A DNA stretch of 64,000 nt from Amphiscolops sp. MND2022 (Eukaryota): contig OZ076409.1 of assembly GCA_964187785.1 (NCBI GenBank), forward strand, positions 46,750,001 through 46,814,000. Reading direction: 5' to 3'. Shown here piece by piece: positions 27,690 to 41,400 of the stretch. The number at the start of each line of letters is the position of its first letter. The stretch's first letter is position 1. The notes beneath the pieces are model-generated. The model was given only the letters and a program-made list of their open reading frames with translations, did no database searches and was not told the origin of the DNA. A program made the translations under genes and the position numbers.

Positions 27690-28200
27690 TTCACCCGATG
27701 AAGAAGCTAAGTCTCCTCCTCAAGCTATCGCTAACTTTGTAAAGAGTTTTATAACTTCTTTATAGATCATCTGAGATCTTGAAGTATTTTCGCGTTGGTA
27801 CCTCGAATCTGTTCCGACGTTCGTTGTCGTCTTTCCTCGATGTATTATGATTATATGGGTTTTTGAAACACTGTCATTGGAAGAGAAGCCGAAAAATTTT
27901 CCGAGGGAACCAAACGTCAATGTGCTCGAAGGTCTTTGTCTTAGATTTTGAGGGCGCAGAGAGTTTCCCAAGACCCTGACTTTAAGAAGAAAAAGGTTGT
28001 CGTTTTCTGAGCATTGCTCTTGGAAACTGATTAGCTTCGCTAGTTTTCTCCCCAAAATGCTCTTTGGCTCGACACAATGGGGTATAAAAATTGGAAGCGC
28101 AATAATAAAAGTGAATTACTGGGAATTTTCTAATCGACTCCATAACAACCAGGTAACTACAACAAACTTGGCTAAGATCGTGATCAACGATTCAGTTACT
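27690..28200 (-). pseudogene. Possible Penelope-like element relic (GIY-YIG region)
   Basis: Minus strand reads, with small indels, Y-I-x-GKTTTNVGTRF, similar to the YIGxT...L..RF motif of PLE endonucleases; heavily decayed. Confidence 0.35.
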
Positions 28201-28502
28201 TGTAAAATCTCTATGCTGTGGCTCCGCGTGCTACAAATTAACTCTAACTAAATCAAGCCTCTAAAGTTCGCTATTGAAAAGCACGAGAAGCTTAATCTCT
28301 AACAAGTATCTTGCCTCCGCGACACTTAACTGGCTCCCAGTTTTCTAACTCGTTTGTGGTTGTTCAATTATATTTCAATTCCTCCTCAGTAATTTGTTTA
28401 TCGCAGGTGTTGCGCGTGATCTCATCATTACCTTCCATCTTACTGAAATTTAAGCTACTGGGCGTTGGCGTCTTTTGTTGCCATGCCTCATCGGAATGCA
28501 TA

Positions 28503-29090
28503 CCCTAGTTGAGACTGCTGGAACTTTTTACATGCTGCAGGCCTGCATGCATGGTAATTTTTCATGAAACCTAGAAAATTCAGTAAGGTTCCGGTGGCAA
28601 ATCTTGTAGAATTACACTGCGTTTTCGATTACTGCAATTAAATTTGAAAATATTTCCCCCTTCTTTTGCGGACACGATCACGTTGTATTCACACATTGAT
28701 TTCTCAAATACTCATCTGATTTAATCACCGCGTTTCAAGTAGGACGCTGAAGATGACGCTAGTTTGCTGTTTTTACATTGTGAATGAAGTTAATTTGCAT
28801 TAAAATGGCGGCAAAATTGTTGAGGTCTCAGCTGCATTTAAAATTAGAACTGATGCATATTGAAACTTGCAGAACTTCACGGCTTGAAAGTGCCGCTAAA
28901 ACTTTGATGATTCTTTAAAGCAGCTTGATAAAAGTTGGTGACAACAGGGAAATATTAACGCAATAAAGTTTCGAAAAAAGTCGAAAATTGACGTGCCCAC
29001 CGTTAAAGTTGCCCATAAAAACTGCAAGCACATAGGTGTGAAAAAATACAAAATGCAAAAAAAAACAAACCAGTGCATTTGTACCAACTA
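28503..29090. mobile_element. CCC-terminated MITE-like repeat; related copies at ~35930-36490 and ~36660-36760 (inverted) and a fragment at ~32490-32640
   Basis: ccctagttgagactgctggaactttttacatgctgcaggcctgcatgca...ctagaaaattcagt is the reverse complement of 36400-36490 and 36670-36760. Confidence 0.65.
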
Positions 29091-29212
29091 AAACGTACGG
29101 CAGAAGTCTCTTTCATGCATTGGCTGCCTATTTGCCTATTTGCATGCTGTTTTTGCATGAAACAACCATGTGATGCTGGAAACTGAAAAGTACTTTGAAA
29201 TTATGTTCCATC

Positions 29213-29276
29213 TAGCCTAGTGGCTATGCGTGGTGAATGGCGGTTAGAAGCAAATGTATGTGGGTTCGCATCCCGC
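29213..29276 (+). mobile_element. tRNA-derived SINE-like head
   Basis: A-box-like TAGCCTAGTGG and B-box-like GGTTCGCATCCC at tRNA-like spacing; no acceptor stem, so not a functional tRNA. Confidence 0.45.
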
Positions 29277-32200
29277 ATAATGGTAAATGTTTCTATGTTT
29301 GCAAAGGTAGATAAAACTCAATCGTTTTTTTTTGTAACTGTGCAACTTTTTCATAACCAATTTGTGTCCAACTTTTGAGCAGAGTTTGACTAACGTCTAA
29401 AGCGCATCCAGAAAAGCCATAGGTCACCGTTTAGTTCTTTTAAAATTTAAACTGGTTTCAAGAATTGAATGAGACCGAAGAGTGACCTTTTGAATCTATT
29501 TGGCAAAATGTGATTTTTAACGAATGTTTTTTTTCACTATTCCCTGTTTTTGAAGTTGTTTTTGTTTTATGTTTCTTGTAATTGTTTTGAAGGTGGAAAA
29601 TGCGCTTTTCAAGCAGAAAAAGAGTCCTCGTTTGGGTGTTTTTGGCAACATACAATCTTTTTGGAAAAAAATGTACTTCACCAAATTTTCTCGACTTGAA
29701 CTTTTTTGTTTTCAGTTAAGAGAAACAAAAATTTTGCCCGGAAGGTCCCGTTTTTGTTCTATCGACGCTGTACTTCTTTTTTAAAGCTTTTGTTTTCAAC
29801 ACACAATCCACCATGGGTGGAAGTTTGCGTTTAACCAGTGTCGAACTTCTGTGTCTCAAATTGAACTTTGATGATATTATTTTAATAAGTAAAGTATATA
29901 ACCATGAGAAATGTTGTATATTCTAATTTATTTTTTGAATGAATGTCTTGCTAAGAAGAAGGCAGGGGAATTATTCTTTTATAATTTGCCATTTGGCAAC
30001 ACTTTATGCAAATATGCATGATACAATTCTCAGATTAGCGGAGGCATTTTTGGTCATGATTATTCCGTGAGTGCTCCAAAGGCCTCCTGTAACAGTGTAG
30101 GAAAAATCTCACAGTGCCACTGCTCCTCTGAGGAAACCTTCGCAACAGGAGAGTGGAGTGATAATCCAGCCCGTTGAGTTTTATTGGAATGGCATAAAAC
30201 CAACCAAATGTTTCGCCAGCGACAAATTTATTATCGAAGGAGGTTAAAATAAAGACACAGATAATTTTGTAATTACTTTTGACGGTAACATGCATTCAAA
30301 ACTTGTTTGCAAGTATAAATTAGATATTCCTTATGGGGCTGTCCAAAGAAATCAAGTGTACCAGAGGTGGATAAAGTTCGTTGTGCTAAATTTTTATTAT
30401 AATCTGCAAGGAACTTTAAAAATCTTATTCAATCATTTTTCAATTACCTTGTCTGAAGAAGATTCGCGATCCGGTCGCTCGATGGCTTATTGCTTAAACA
30501 CATTCATAGACCATAACTTCAAAAAATGTACGTGAAACTTTTGCTTGAAAACTTGACATCCATCAATTAAGATAAAGAACACGTTGGATCATTCACATTT
30601 ACGAGCTGCTCCATGGTTGTTTTTGCATGTTTTTTAAACAAACTAGGCATGATAACCTCTATTCAACCTACAATTTATTGAGGAATCGGCTATTGCTGAA
30701 GAAATATTCAAGTCATCGATGGGCAAGAATCACAGAGAGACGACATTAAGTTGTAGCAACATGAAGTCAATTTTAACTAATTTATATCAAAGGCTTCATT
30801 GGCTTCTTTGAAAGTTCCTTTTTTCAGAATATAAAGTTTTATATAAAATGTTATGTTTTCAAATCACGCAGCTGTAATGCATCTTTCCCTGGAGAATAAT
30901 GGACATGTACTTTTATGAGTTCTCAGGAAATAAATCCAGTAAGGTTTTATCGAGAGGTTACTTGGATACAAACAAAATACAAGCAAAATACAAACAATGG
31001 AAAAATGTTCCTACTGTAGCTTTGGAATGAGAGTTTTTCAAGAATTGTGAATAGTAAAACTATGACAGACGTACGAATGCGTAAATTATACAGTGTAACG
31101 CATGTATAAGAAATGAATGTATATACTTATACCAACGTATATACAATAAATTATTCGGTTACAGAAATGGAAAAATGTTCAATTGATGGGAATAGAAACG
31201 AATCTAGTTGCTGCAACAACTAGATTTGTGTCTATTTTCATCAATGGAACATTTTCCATTGGAAAAACAATAAAATTTTTGTTGTATTGCAGAACATGTT
31301 CTATAAAAATAAAACAAACATTTAATTGTTTTTCTGATACTTCGTTAAACTATGTCTTAAGATTTCAATCAAACTTCCACCTTCTAGAATTGAATTCGAT
31401 TTTCTGTCGGTATATGCAGCAATATGTTTGATTCGAGAAGTGGCGGTTTTCTTCATTTAGAGTTTCATCAAAAAAGTTTCAGTCCCTGAATTCAACGCAT
31501 CACGGAAGATAATGGGGTTTGATGCGATAGTTTCATACTGTTTCGCTAAAAGAAATGGCAATGAGGCATATGATCCCATGGATATGTAAGAGCGATGATA
31601 AAAAGACCAATTTTGTGTGGTAATCGGTCTGGGTCAATAATGAGGAGAAAAGGTCTTTAAAGTTGCTGATTTTCAGATGTTTCTCTTGAACTTCCAAGAA
31701 ATGTTTGCATGTTCTTTAACCAACTTTCGGGTCTTTTCTGTTAATTCCCCCCATAGTAAGCGCAGAAATTTTAATTCCCCACCACTATCAGCGATGAGTT
31801 TCAGTTGCAGTTAGAGTTATAAAATACTGCAATTTGATTGGTTGTTACTATTAATTCAATGATAATTTCTCTTGACCGCCTAACTGGGGGATTAACAGAA
31901 AAGGTCCCAACTTTCATTATGATTTTCTTAAACTCACGGCAGTTTTGATGCAAAAGTATTCTATTCAATTTCATCAAGCTGCTTGAAAGAGCCATCCTAA
32001 GTTTGACGGAACTTTTAAGCTTTGAAGTTTTGCACGTTTCATTAAGAAGCAGGTCTAATTTTAATGCATCTAACTTTAACGCCATTTTGATGCAAATTGA
32101 TTTTGGTGCAACTTCAATTCGTTGAACATTCAAATCGTCGAAAAATGAAAAACTATTCAAAGCATCGAAAGAATATTGTATCAGTGATTTTGATTTCGTT

Positions 32201-32685
32201 ATACTTTGTTGCGATTAGCATATTTGTTGTATGGCTCGGTCGCTTCGCTCTCTTCGCCAAGTAGCAATATTGAGGCATGGCCATATGGCACGTCGCTCCG
32301 CTTCGCTTCGCTCCTGCATTTAGTGCTCTAGGAGTATGTGAAGATAGCTGACTACGTTATCGTAATTTTGAATGCTCGAATTTCATTGGCCGAAATCAAT
32401 TCATTTCATCACGTCATACCATGCTCGCTAAACTAATACGTGTTCGAGGAATTGAATGTTCGACGAATTAAAGAGTCCCCATTGACTTTATTATCAATGT
32501 AAACTGCAAACTAGCGTTTTCTTCGGCCTGCTATTTGAAAAGCAGTGATTACTAAAATGACTAAATGAAAAAATATTGGGTGAATACAACGTTTCCGTGT
32601 CAGTGATGATGTGAGAAATGATTCGGTGGTGCATTGATAACCCTATTCCAGAGTGCTGAAACTTTTTGCGTGCTTCAGATGTTCT

Positions 32686-33860
32686 TTTTTAGTCGGCGCT
32701 TTTCTTAAGAAAAGAGCCCGACTATTACAGTCACTCGTTTTTTTTTTAGTCGGCGCTTCATGAAGTGAAACGCGACTATTATAGTGACTCTTTTTTTTCT
32801 ATCCACACGAACTGACCAATATAGTTCTTAAAAGTTCTACAAAATATTATTGTGTCAAATTGCACCATTTGGCCTAGCGATGTGGACCAAAATGGTTTTA
32901 CCTGTTTTTCCGCGTAACATACCATACCGGGCGAGACCAAAGAGTCCCCCCTTTCAATTTTTTTCGGCACTGCGAGACATTTTTATTCGGATTTTTTTTT
33001 CGAAATTTTTTTTTCCTCAAAGGGTCCCCCCTGCATTTTTTTGATGTTTTGCGACAGAATGGATGTTGGAAAATCCCAAAGGGTTCCTCCTTTCAGTTTT
33101 TTCGGCATTGTGAAATTTTTTCCCGAAAATAAAAAAAATTTTTTTCTTCAATTTTTTCATGTTTTGCGACAGAATGGATGTTGAAAAAGCTCAAAGGGTC
33201 CCCCCTTTCAGTTTTTCGGCATTGTGAGACGTTAGCGCGCCAGGGGCTCGCGCTAGCGAGCCCCGGCGGGCCACTCGGTCCATTTTTTTAGTATGTAATT
33301 TTTTCAAAAAAAATTTCGAAAAATTTTCGATTTTCGACTACTGTAAAAGAATACTTGACACTTGGAAGTCTTTTTGCTATTTTGAGCCTTGGATATGGCG
33401 CCGACTTGGGCCGGTCCCGGCTTGTTTTATTTAAGACAGACTCGAAGCGACGAACGTTAAAATTAACGTTCAACTACTAAATACAGTATTACTAAAATAC
33501 TGGCAGCGCATTTGAGATAGTGCAAAGGGTCCCCGCTTTCAGTAAGTCCATTTTTATCGTAAGATACAAAACAGGACGAGACTATAGGGTCCCCCCTTTG
33601 AGTTTTTTTCGGCACTGTGCGACTTTTTTTTCGAAAATTTTTTTTGTCCCCAAAGGGTCCCCCCTTTGAGTTTTTTGATAATTTGCAACGGAATGTATGT
33701 TAATAAATCCAGAAGGGTCCCCCTTTTCCTTTTTTCGGCACTATGCGACTTTTTTTGAAAGAAAAAAATTTTTCAAAAATTTCAATTTTTTTCCAAAAAA
33801 AAATCTTTTGCGCTTTTCGAGCCTTAGATATGGCGCCGACTTTAGACGTTCCCGTCTTGT
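32686..33860 (-). mobile_element. HINE-like family 1 element (outer, subfamily AACAAGACGGGAACGTCT)
   Basis: 5' end at 33860; 3' hairpin TAGTCGGGC...GCGCCGACTAAAAA ending at 32686. Removing the inner copy restores the layout seen at 60569-61045. Confidence 0.8.
32744..33427 (-). mobile_element. HINE-like family 1 element (inner, subfamily AACAAGCCGGGACCGGCCC) nested in the outer copy
   Basis: Has its own 5' end (33391-33427) and 3' hairpin TAGTCGCG...GCGCCGACTAAAAA; inserted in an A/T run with no distinct TSD. Confidence 0.8.
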
Positions 33861-35681
33861 TAAATATAAATTTTTATATAATCTACAACCTTCAGTCTAA
33901 TTCAGAGATTTCTCACCAGCAGTTCACTGAATGTTTTAAGTTTTACAAAACAAAAACTCTGCAGCTTGTATAACGTTTCCACAGTCTCGACTCGTGTTAT
34001 CAATTCACAATTTTTGTTTAATCATAAATAAGTTTTTAACAACTCAAGTTCGTGAATTTTATGCGCGTTGACTCAAAACCCAAAGTTTTAGCACGATTTT
34101 TGTTCTGGAATTGATTTTGTGATAACTGACCCTGTGTGAAAATTCTGGAAACTCTTGATAAAGTCTTGCGTTTTCGTGAAACTCTTTGTAAACATCCTGG
34201 GCAAAATTCTTATCAAGAGCGCCAAGATTATGTACGATAATGTAAGATCTTGTCAGGCATAAAGAAATCAGGCTAACAAAAGTGAAAGAAAACAGACAAA
34301 AACTGACGCCAACTGCGGGTTGATCAGCGTACATATTATGGAACAGCCGTTCCCGGTACAAATCTAGCTATCACAATCGGTATTTCAATACTTTTTGTTG
34401 TCAAATAACTAACGCTTCAACGAATGATAATGTAGCTGGTTGTGCGAACAAAAAGAACGTAATTGGAAACAAAAGTGTTGTTTGTTTTGCTAGTTATTCC
34501 TTTTCTTGAAACTGTTGATAGAACTCTTAACAAGGTTTCTATCAAGAAATTCAATAGGGTTGTTTGAAACAAGAATAAACTTCTTATCATATACCTTCTT
34601 ATCGTCCATTTTTAAGTCCTAAGTCCATTCCTAAGTCCATTTTTATCGTAAGATACAAAACAGGACGAGACTATAGGGTCCCCCCTTTGAGTTTTTTTCG
34701 GCACTGTGCGACTTTTTTTTCGAAAATTTTTTTTGTCCCCAAAGGGTCCCCCCTTTGAGTTTTTTGATAATTTGCAACGGAATGTATGTTAATAAATCCA
34801 GAAGGGTCCCCCTTTTCCTTTTTTCGGCACTATGCGACTTTTTTTGAAAGAAAAAAATTTTTCAAAAATTTCAATTTTTTTCCAAAAAAAATCTTTTGCG
34901 CTTTTCGAGCCTTAGATATGGCGCCGACTTTAGACGTTCCCGTCTTGTTAAATATAAATTTTTATATAATCTACAACCTTCAGTCTAATTCAGAGATTTC
35001 TCACCAGCAGTTCACTGAATGTTTTAAGTTTTACAAAACAAAAACTCTGCAGCTTGTATAACGTTTCCACAGTCTCGACTCGTGTTATCAATTCACAATT
35101 TTTGTTTAATCATAAATAAGTTTTTAACAACTCAAGTTCGTGAATTTTATGCGCGTTGACTCAAAACCCAAAGTTTTAGCACGATTTTTGTTCTGGAATT
35201 GATTTTGTGATAACTGACCCTGTGTGAAAATTCTGGAAACTCTTGATAAAGTCTTGCGTTTTCGTGAAACTCTTTGTAAACATCCTGGGCAAAATTCTTA
35301 TCAAGAGCGCCAAGATTATGTACGATAATGTAAGATCTTGTCAGGCATAAAGAAATCAGGCTAACAAAAGTGAAAGAAAACAGACAAAAACTGACGCCAA
35401 CTGCGGGTTGATCAGCGTACATATTATGGAACAGCCGTTCCCGGTACAAATCTAGCTATCACAATCGGTATTTCAATACTTTTTGTTGTCAAATAACTAA
35501 CGCTTCAACGAATGATAATGTAGCTGGTTGTGCGAACAAAAAGAACGTAATTGGAAACAAAAGTGTTGTTTGTTTTGCTAGTTATTCCTTTTCTTGAAAC
35601 TGTTGATAGAACTCTTAACAAGGTTTCTATCAAGAAATTCAATAGGGTTGTTTGAAACAAGAATAAACTTCTTATCATATA
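33543..35681. repeat. Tandem duplication: 33543-34593 and 34632-35681, with 38-bp filler between
   Basis: Copies look identical apart from one A in a homopolymer; ORFs 34059-34361 and 35147-35449 are identical. Confidence 0.97.
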
Positions 35682-35929
35682 AATAAAATATCATCAGGGC
35701 TTTCACTTTGCACTCAGAAGACTTTATAATTGAGAGATCAGGGATGCAAATCTAACGAATCAGGTTGACGTAAACGTACAATACAGAAAACAGAATTGAG
35801 CCGTTTTTCCAACGATTCAGCCCTAGAAATCTACATGTAAACATACAGTGAAGCATTGATAAACAGCAAAGAGGAAAACCACATTTATTCGGAGCCGAAA
35901 TTTTCAGTAAGCTTCCAATATGTTCCACG

Positions 35930-36490
35930 CCCTTGTTTGAACTGCTTTTACTGCCTGTACAAACTTTTTGTATGTACTTTAATGATGTCAGCCACTTATA
36001 TTATGATTTTCTAAAACTCCTACGGAAACTTTCATGCCAAAATATTTCCCTGCTGTATTTAATTTTTATCAAGCTGCTTGAAAGATTCATCAAGTTTTTG
36101 GCAGCAGTTTTAAGCCTTTAGTTTTGCAGGTTTCATTATGCGGCAGTTAAAAGTTTGAAAGCAAAGAAGTTGCTATCAGTTTTACCGCTAAATTAAAGCA
36201 AAATAACTTCAGTCGCGTAATAAACTGCAAATTAGCGTCATGTTCAGCGCGCTGTTCGTGAAGCAATGATCATATCAGCTAAGTAGTTGAGAAAACAAAG
36301 TGAATACAAAGCGATCGTGTCTGTGATGCAGTGGTGTTTATTTTTAAATTTAATTGCAGTAGTGGAAAATGCAAGGTAATTGTACATAATTTACCACCCG
36401 AAGCTCACTGAATTTTCTAGTTTTTATAAAAACAAATTACCCTGCATGCAGACCTGCAGCATGTGAAAAGTTCCTGTAGCTTCAAGTAGG
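35930..36490. mobile_element. CCC...GGG MITE-like element; its right end is repeated at ~36660-36780
   Basis: cccttgtttgaactgc ... gtagcttcaagtaggg; homologous to 28503-29090. Confidence 0.55.
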
Positions 36491-38462
36491 GCGTATAGAC
36501 ATGATTGAAAAATTATAGAAAATTCCGGAATATTCCAAATGTGTGAAATCTTAAAACAAACTCACTACTACGTAAAATAGAAAACTTTTATCATTTTCAA
36601 CTGGCAGGTTGGTTATCAAACCTCTAAATTCGAGGCTTCAATTCCTGTTTGGTTGTGGATTTATCGCCCGAAGCTCACTGAATTTTCTAGGTTTTATAAA
36701 AATTTACCCTGCATGCAGGCCTGCAGCATGTAAAAAGTTCCTGCAGTTTCAAATAGGGTGTATAGACATGATTGATAAAACAATACGGATTTTAAAATAA
36801 TTTCGGTGACTCGAAAAGCGCATGAAATTTTTACAAGGTAGAATATACTGCACCGAAACCCAAATATTACCACGAAGTTTGTACAATTTATTGAAGCGGA
36901 ATTGATTCAAGGTTACAAAATCAGCCAGACAGATTCATTTAGTGGTTGCACCTCTGACGCAAAATAAAACTGTTTTAGTATACTCAATTTGATACAAATG
37001 GGAAACAGCAACACCGGAAGTGAGGCCAAATTGTGCTCAAAGTCCCCCGACTGATTGAGTACAAATCATGTTTCAGTCAAGTTAAGAACGCGTTTCTAAA
37101 TAATGATTAGGTTATTAGTGAACGTTTTTAGGCAAATCATGTAAACTTATCGCTCTATTGACAAGAAATGTAAAGTGCATACAACTCTTTAGTACCACGC
37201 AAGAAGATAATGTTATCAGCCAGTTCAATCTGACACTTCTTTTAGCGCCTGCAGTTTCTCGATTTTCTATTTTTTGTCTATTTGTTCCAGCTAAAATTGT
37301 AGCTTTTCATAGTCTCACTAAACGAGCAATTTGTCATCAATAAACTTTGACCATAAACAAAAATGAGAAACTAATTCATACTACTTCAATTAAACATCCA
37401 TTTTAATACCGTGTACAATAAAAGTTATTCAAATCTCAGATGCAACGAAAAACCTGATTTATATTGAAAAGAAAACTTTTCGACAACTAATTGACTTTCT
37501 CTCACGGTTCATTTTACAAAACGTTTTCCCGGATTCGTAACTTTAAAATGATCATTTCAACCGTTTGACAACAATTCTCTGTACCAGTAAAAATTTATAA
37601 AAAAATTTCATTGTAAAAAACTTTAACAGCTCGAGGAGTACAAAGTGTTTTGCATATCTATGGGAGCCGTTTTTTGAGTGCCAAAAAGACTCAAATGTGG
37701 ACAATGTGAGCTCACCAAAAGTTTCGATGCGCTGCGAGCTTACCATTGCGAACGGGGAAGAAGCTTTAAGGGATAGGGTTTTAGCGCCTCCGACAGGGCG
37801 CATCTGCCAAAAAAGCTTTTTGCTTTTGAAAAGGTCCATGATGGATTCCCGCTTCTCATGGGTGATTTCCAATTGCTCCCAGTCTTTGATTGCTAGAAAA
37901 GACGGGCATTTTGCCTCACCAGAACCACAGCCTATATAGCCTCGAAATCCGTTATTTAAAAAGCGGTTCTGCTACGGTACTCTAATCAAAAGAAACTACG
38001 TCTCAGAAATCTCAATGAGAGCTAAGTAACCAAATCCAAGTAACAACGACAATATGGTCTAAATCATGCAAAAACAACAAAATATGCGTAATATGAAGTA
38101 TTGCAATAACTTGGAAAGCGGCAGTCCGCGGCCTGGTCGATAACAGGTTTTAATCTGAAGTTCAAGGCAGTTTTTCCACTATTTAGATTCAGAACGTCGG
38201 TCCTTTGCTAGAATAAGATCAGACGCGTCGGTTGCGATCATCCGCATCAAAAATCCTGCACTCCGTTGCCGATTCCGGTGTATTGTCGAAATATTGGCGA
38301 AAACTGCAGTTAACTGGCATGTCAATTTTTGAAACCGAAATTCACATCAACATCACAATAGCATCAGCAAAGGGGGTATTGTTCCAGTTTTATCTTTCAT
38401 GTAATGAAATGATTTCAAAAATGGAGTGTCAAAAAAAACAAATTTGTGGCAAGTGAAATTTA

Positions 38463-41400
38463 AACAAGACGCCCGCTGAGCAGCAAGATATTTTCCGCCC
38501 CAAACTGTTCTACAGCTACATAAATTTGTGACTCAAGAATAGCCAATGCACTATGAAAACGGAGAGAAGTTCGAGAAAAGCTTTGATTCATCTTAGCCCA
38601 TTTTTAAATGAACCGCCTAATTTATTATTTTTGCGAGGCCAGGTTTTGTTTTTTCGTCAATTTGCGACTTACCGAGTAAAAAAATTTTCCAAATTTTTTT
38701 GAAGAACATTTTTGGCAATTTTTAGTTTTTGAGGTTTTCTGTACAGGAAATAAAAGTTTCCTGAGTCTTGAGGGTGACATCTTCGTTACTTTTGATCATG
38801 TGTTTTTAATTGATTCTTATCGATTGTAGAAAAAACCTCATTTCAGTTTTTTCGGCTCTGTACGTCTTTCCGAAACCTTCATTTGGTCGAAGGGAAATGC
38901 TTTCATAACTGATTTCGGCTTGAGAAAAGTTTTGCGAGCTGAAACGTTTTTCACCATCATAGGTTTTTACCGAAAAAAAATCCAAATTGGATTTTTTGTG
39001 ATTCCTGTTGGGGGAAAAAGTGGTTTCCGAGTGTCAGGCGTATTTCTTGGGGTAATTTTTGGTACTGAGAAATGGTATAGGCTTGAAAAAGAAAAGGTCT
39101 TTCGCAACTTTAAGAGATTTGAGCGGTCCCGGTTTGTTATATTATTGCACATGGTTTCACCAGAAGTGTCGAAATTTGGATTTTCGACAACTTTGGGGAA
39201 CTTCTCTAACATGAATCTACAGATTTCTCTTCAAAAATAAGCCTACTTGACACCGAGTTTAGTTGTTGTTGAATGTTTACACCATTCTAACCCACAAAGT
39301 AGCTCGAAGCAAGTTTCTTTGCATTGTGTTCTCCATATTTAGTGATTTTCCTTGAAGCCTATTGAGTATTAACTATTTGAAAAATATGGTCGAAAATTAC
39401 GTTTTCAATTTAAGGTTTTGAAAGTTGTGCGTAGAAACTTGTCTGACAACTTTTTGAAACACTACCAGTAATACACGTTTCGATCCTGAGACTATGAGTT
39501 TTCCTATTGACGTAAATTTTTGGAAAAGGTCCAAAATTGGGACTATGTTGTCAAAAATTGAGAAAAATCGGAAACTTTGACACAAACTTTGTACGAAAAA
39601 CTGCCTAAGAATGTAAAGAAAAATGTGAACATTCTCTGTTTTTGCTTTATTTGGTTCATTCTGAGGAAACGTTCTTCCCTAGAAGATGCAAATTTTTCTT
39701 TAAAAACGTACTGTGGAGCTAGTTTTATTATCTGGAGCTGTTTGAAGTTTTTATTTAACTGAAGTTTTCCAATCTCAAATGAAAAGTCACTGAAATAGTC
39801 AGTAATCTGCTAGAATTTCGACACTTTCGACATTTGGCGGTCAATTTTGAGCCAATTTCTAACCGAAGTCTGCAAATATTTTTACGAGCCAACTGGATTA
39901 TGAGTTTAACCTTTGTTGAACGTTTGCCGTCATTCTGACTCAAACATGATTTAAAAAGTGGACGTAAATTGCATAAAAACGAACTTTTCGACTCATTTTG
40001 AGTGTTTTTGGAGCAAAACGCTGCAACGCTCACTTTGAAAATGCAATAGTTCGTTGTTTCATTCGGAATTGTGAAACTTGTACCGAAATCTTTTGGAAAC
40101 TGTAAAGAAATTGCATCAATAACGACAGATTTTTTTAAAAGATTCTGGGTCAATTTTAGGCTTTTTCCTTTCACCAACTGTATTTCTCGCTAGAAAAAAG
40201 CTCACGGAAACAACAAGTTTCCCATTGTTGAGAGGTTTGAACATTCTGATCGACGAAGTCTTTTGATAGTTTGACAAAGATTGATCAAACTTGGTGAAAA
40301 TCAAAACCGAATTTTTTTAAAAGTTTTTTCTTCTTCGATGTAAATTCCAGAAATTGCTTCGCAAAAACTGCATTTATCTGTTCACTAAGCATTCTACTCA
40401 ACACACGTTTTTCTTCATGACCGTTTCCAACATTCCATTTTCTGGAATCTGTCGAAAATTTTGAAAAAACTTTTGTGCTTTTTGTCATATTCAGTATCAA
40501 TTTAACACATTTTTTTCCAGAAAACTGAAAACATGCCATCATTAAAGAAAACTGGACAACGGATTCCTACCTTGTTGAGCGTTTTCAACATTCCAGTCCA
40601 CGGAGTTTCCCGAAAATTTGACAGGAATTCCGTAGAAACTTTGTAAATTAGAAACTTTTGGGCTTTTGTCATTTTGAGTTCTTTTTCTTTCAGAAAACGG
40701 CAATTATCTCTTGCGAAAAAGCAACTGGACAACGAATTCGCGCCATGTTGAGCGTTTGCCATATTCTAATCCACGAGGTCTCTCGAAAGTTTAACAAAAT
40801 TGCAGATAAACGTTAGAAGTCGCAAAATACTTGGTTTTTTTGTCATTTTAGGTGTCAATTCGAGATCTATTTCTTTGAGAAAACAGCCATTATCTCTTGC
40901 AAAAAGACTACTGGACAACAAGTTCGTGCCATGTTGAGTGTTTGCCACATTCTAATCCACGAGGTCTTTCGTAATTTTTACATAAATTGCAAAAAAAAAA
41001 CGTTTGAAGTCGGAAAATTTTTGGTTTTTTTGTCGTTTCCGGTGTCAATTTGAGATCGTATTTATTTGGAAAACTGCAATTATCTCTTCAGAAAGGCATA
41101 TTGGACTAATACTCTTTCCTTGTTGACCCTTTCAACATTCCAATCCACGAAGTTGGTCGAAATATTGACAAAAATTGCATGAAAACATTGAAAAATGGAA
41201 AATTTCGGGATTTTGTCATTTTCGATGTTAATTTGAGATCTTGCTCATAAAAAAAGCATCAATTATCTTTTCGGAAAAGCCTACTGGACAACGAATTCGT
41301 GCCATGTTGAGCGTTTTCAAATTTCTAATCCACGAAGTCTATCGAAAAATTGACAAAAAATGCAAAAAAAATTCGGTGATAAATGATAAAAATCGGAAAA

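Noticed and set aside
29213..29276. Functional tRNA gene
   Set aside because: A and B boxes only; acceptor and anticodon stems cannot be formed.
34059..35449. Two identical 100-aa ORFs as duplicated genes
   Set aside because: No recognisable domain or splice structure; identity simply reflects the tandem duplication.
37915..37940. IGCGSG as SAM-methyltransferase motif I
   Set aside because: Lacks the preceding hydrophobic strand and acidic residue; no later motifs.
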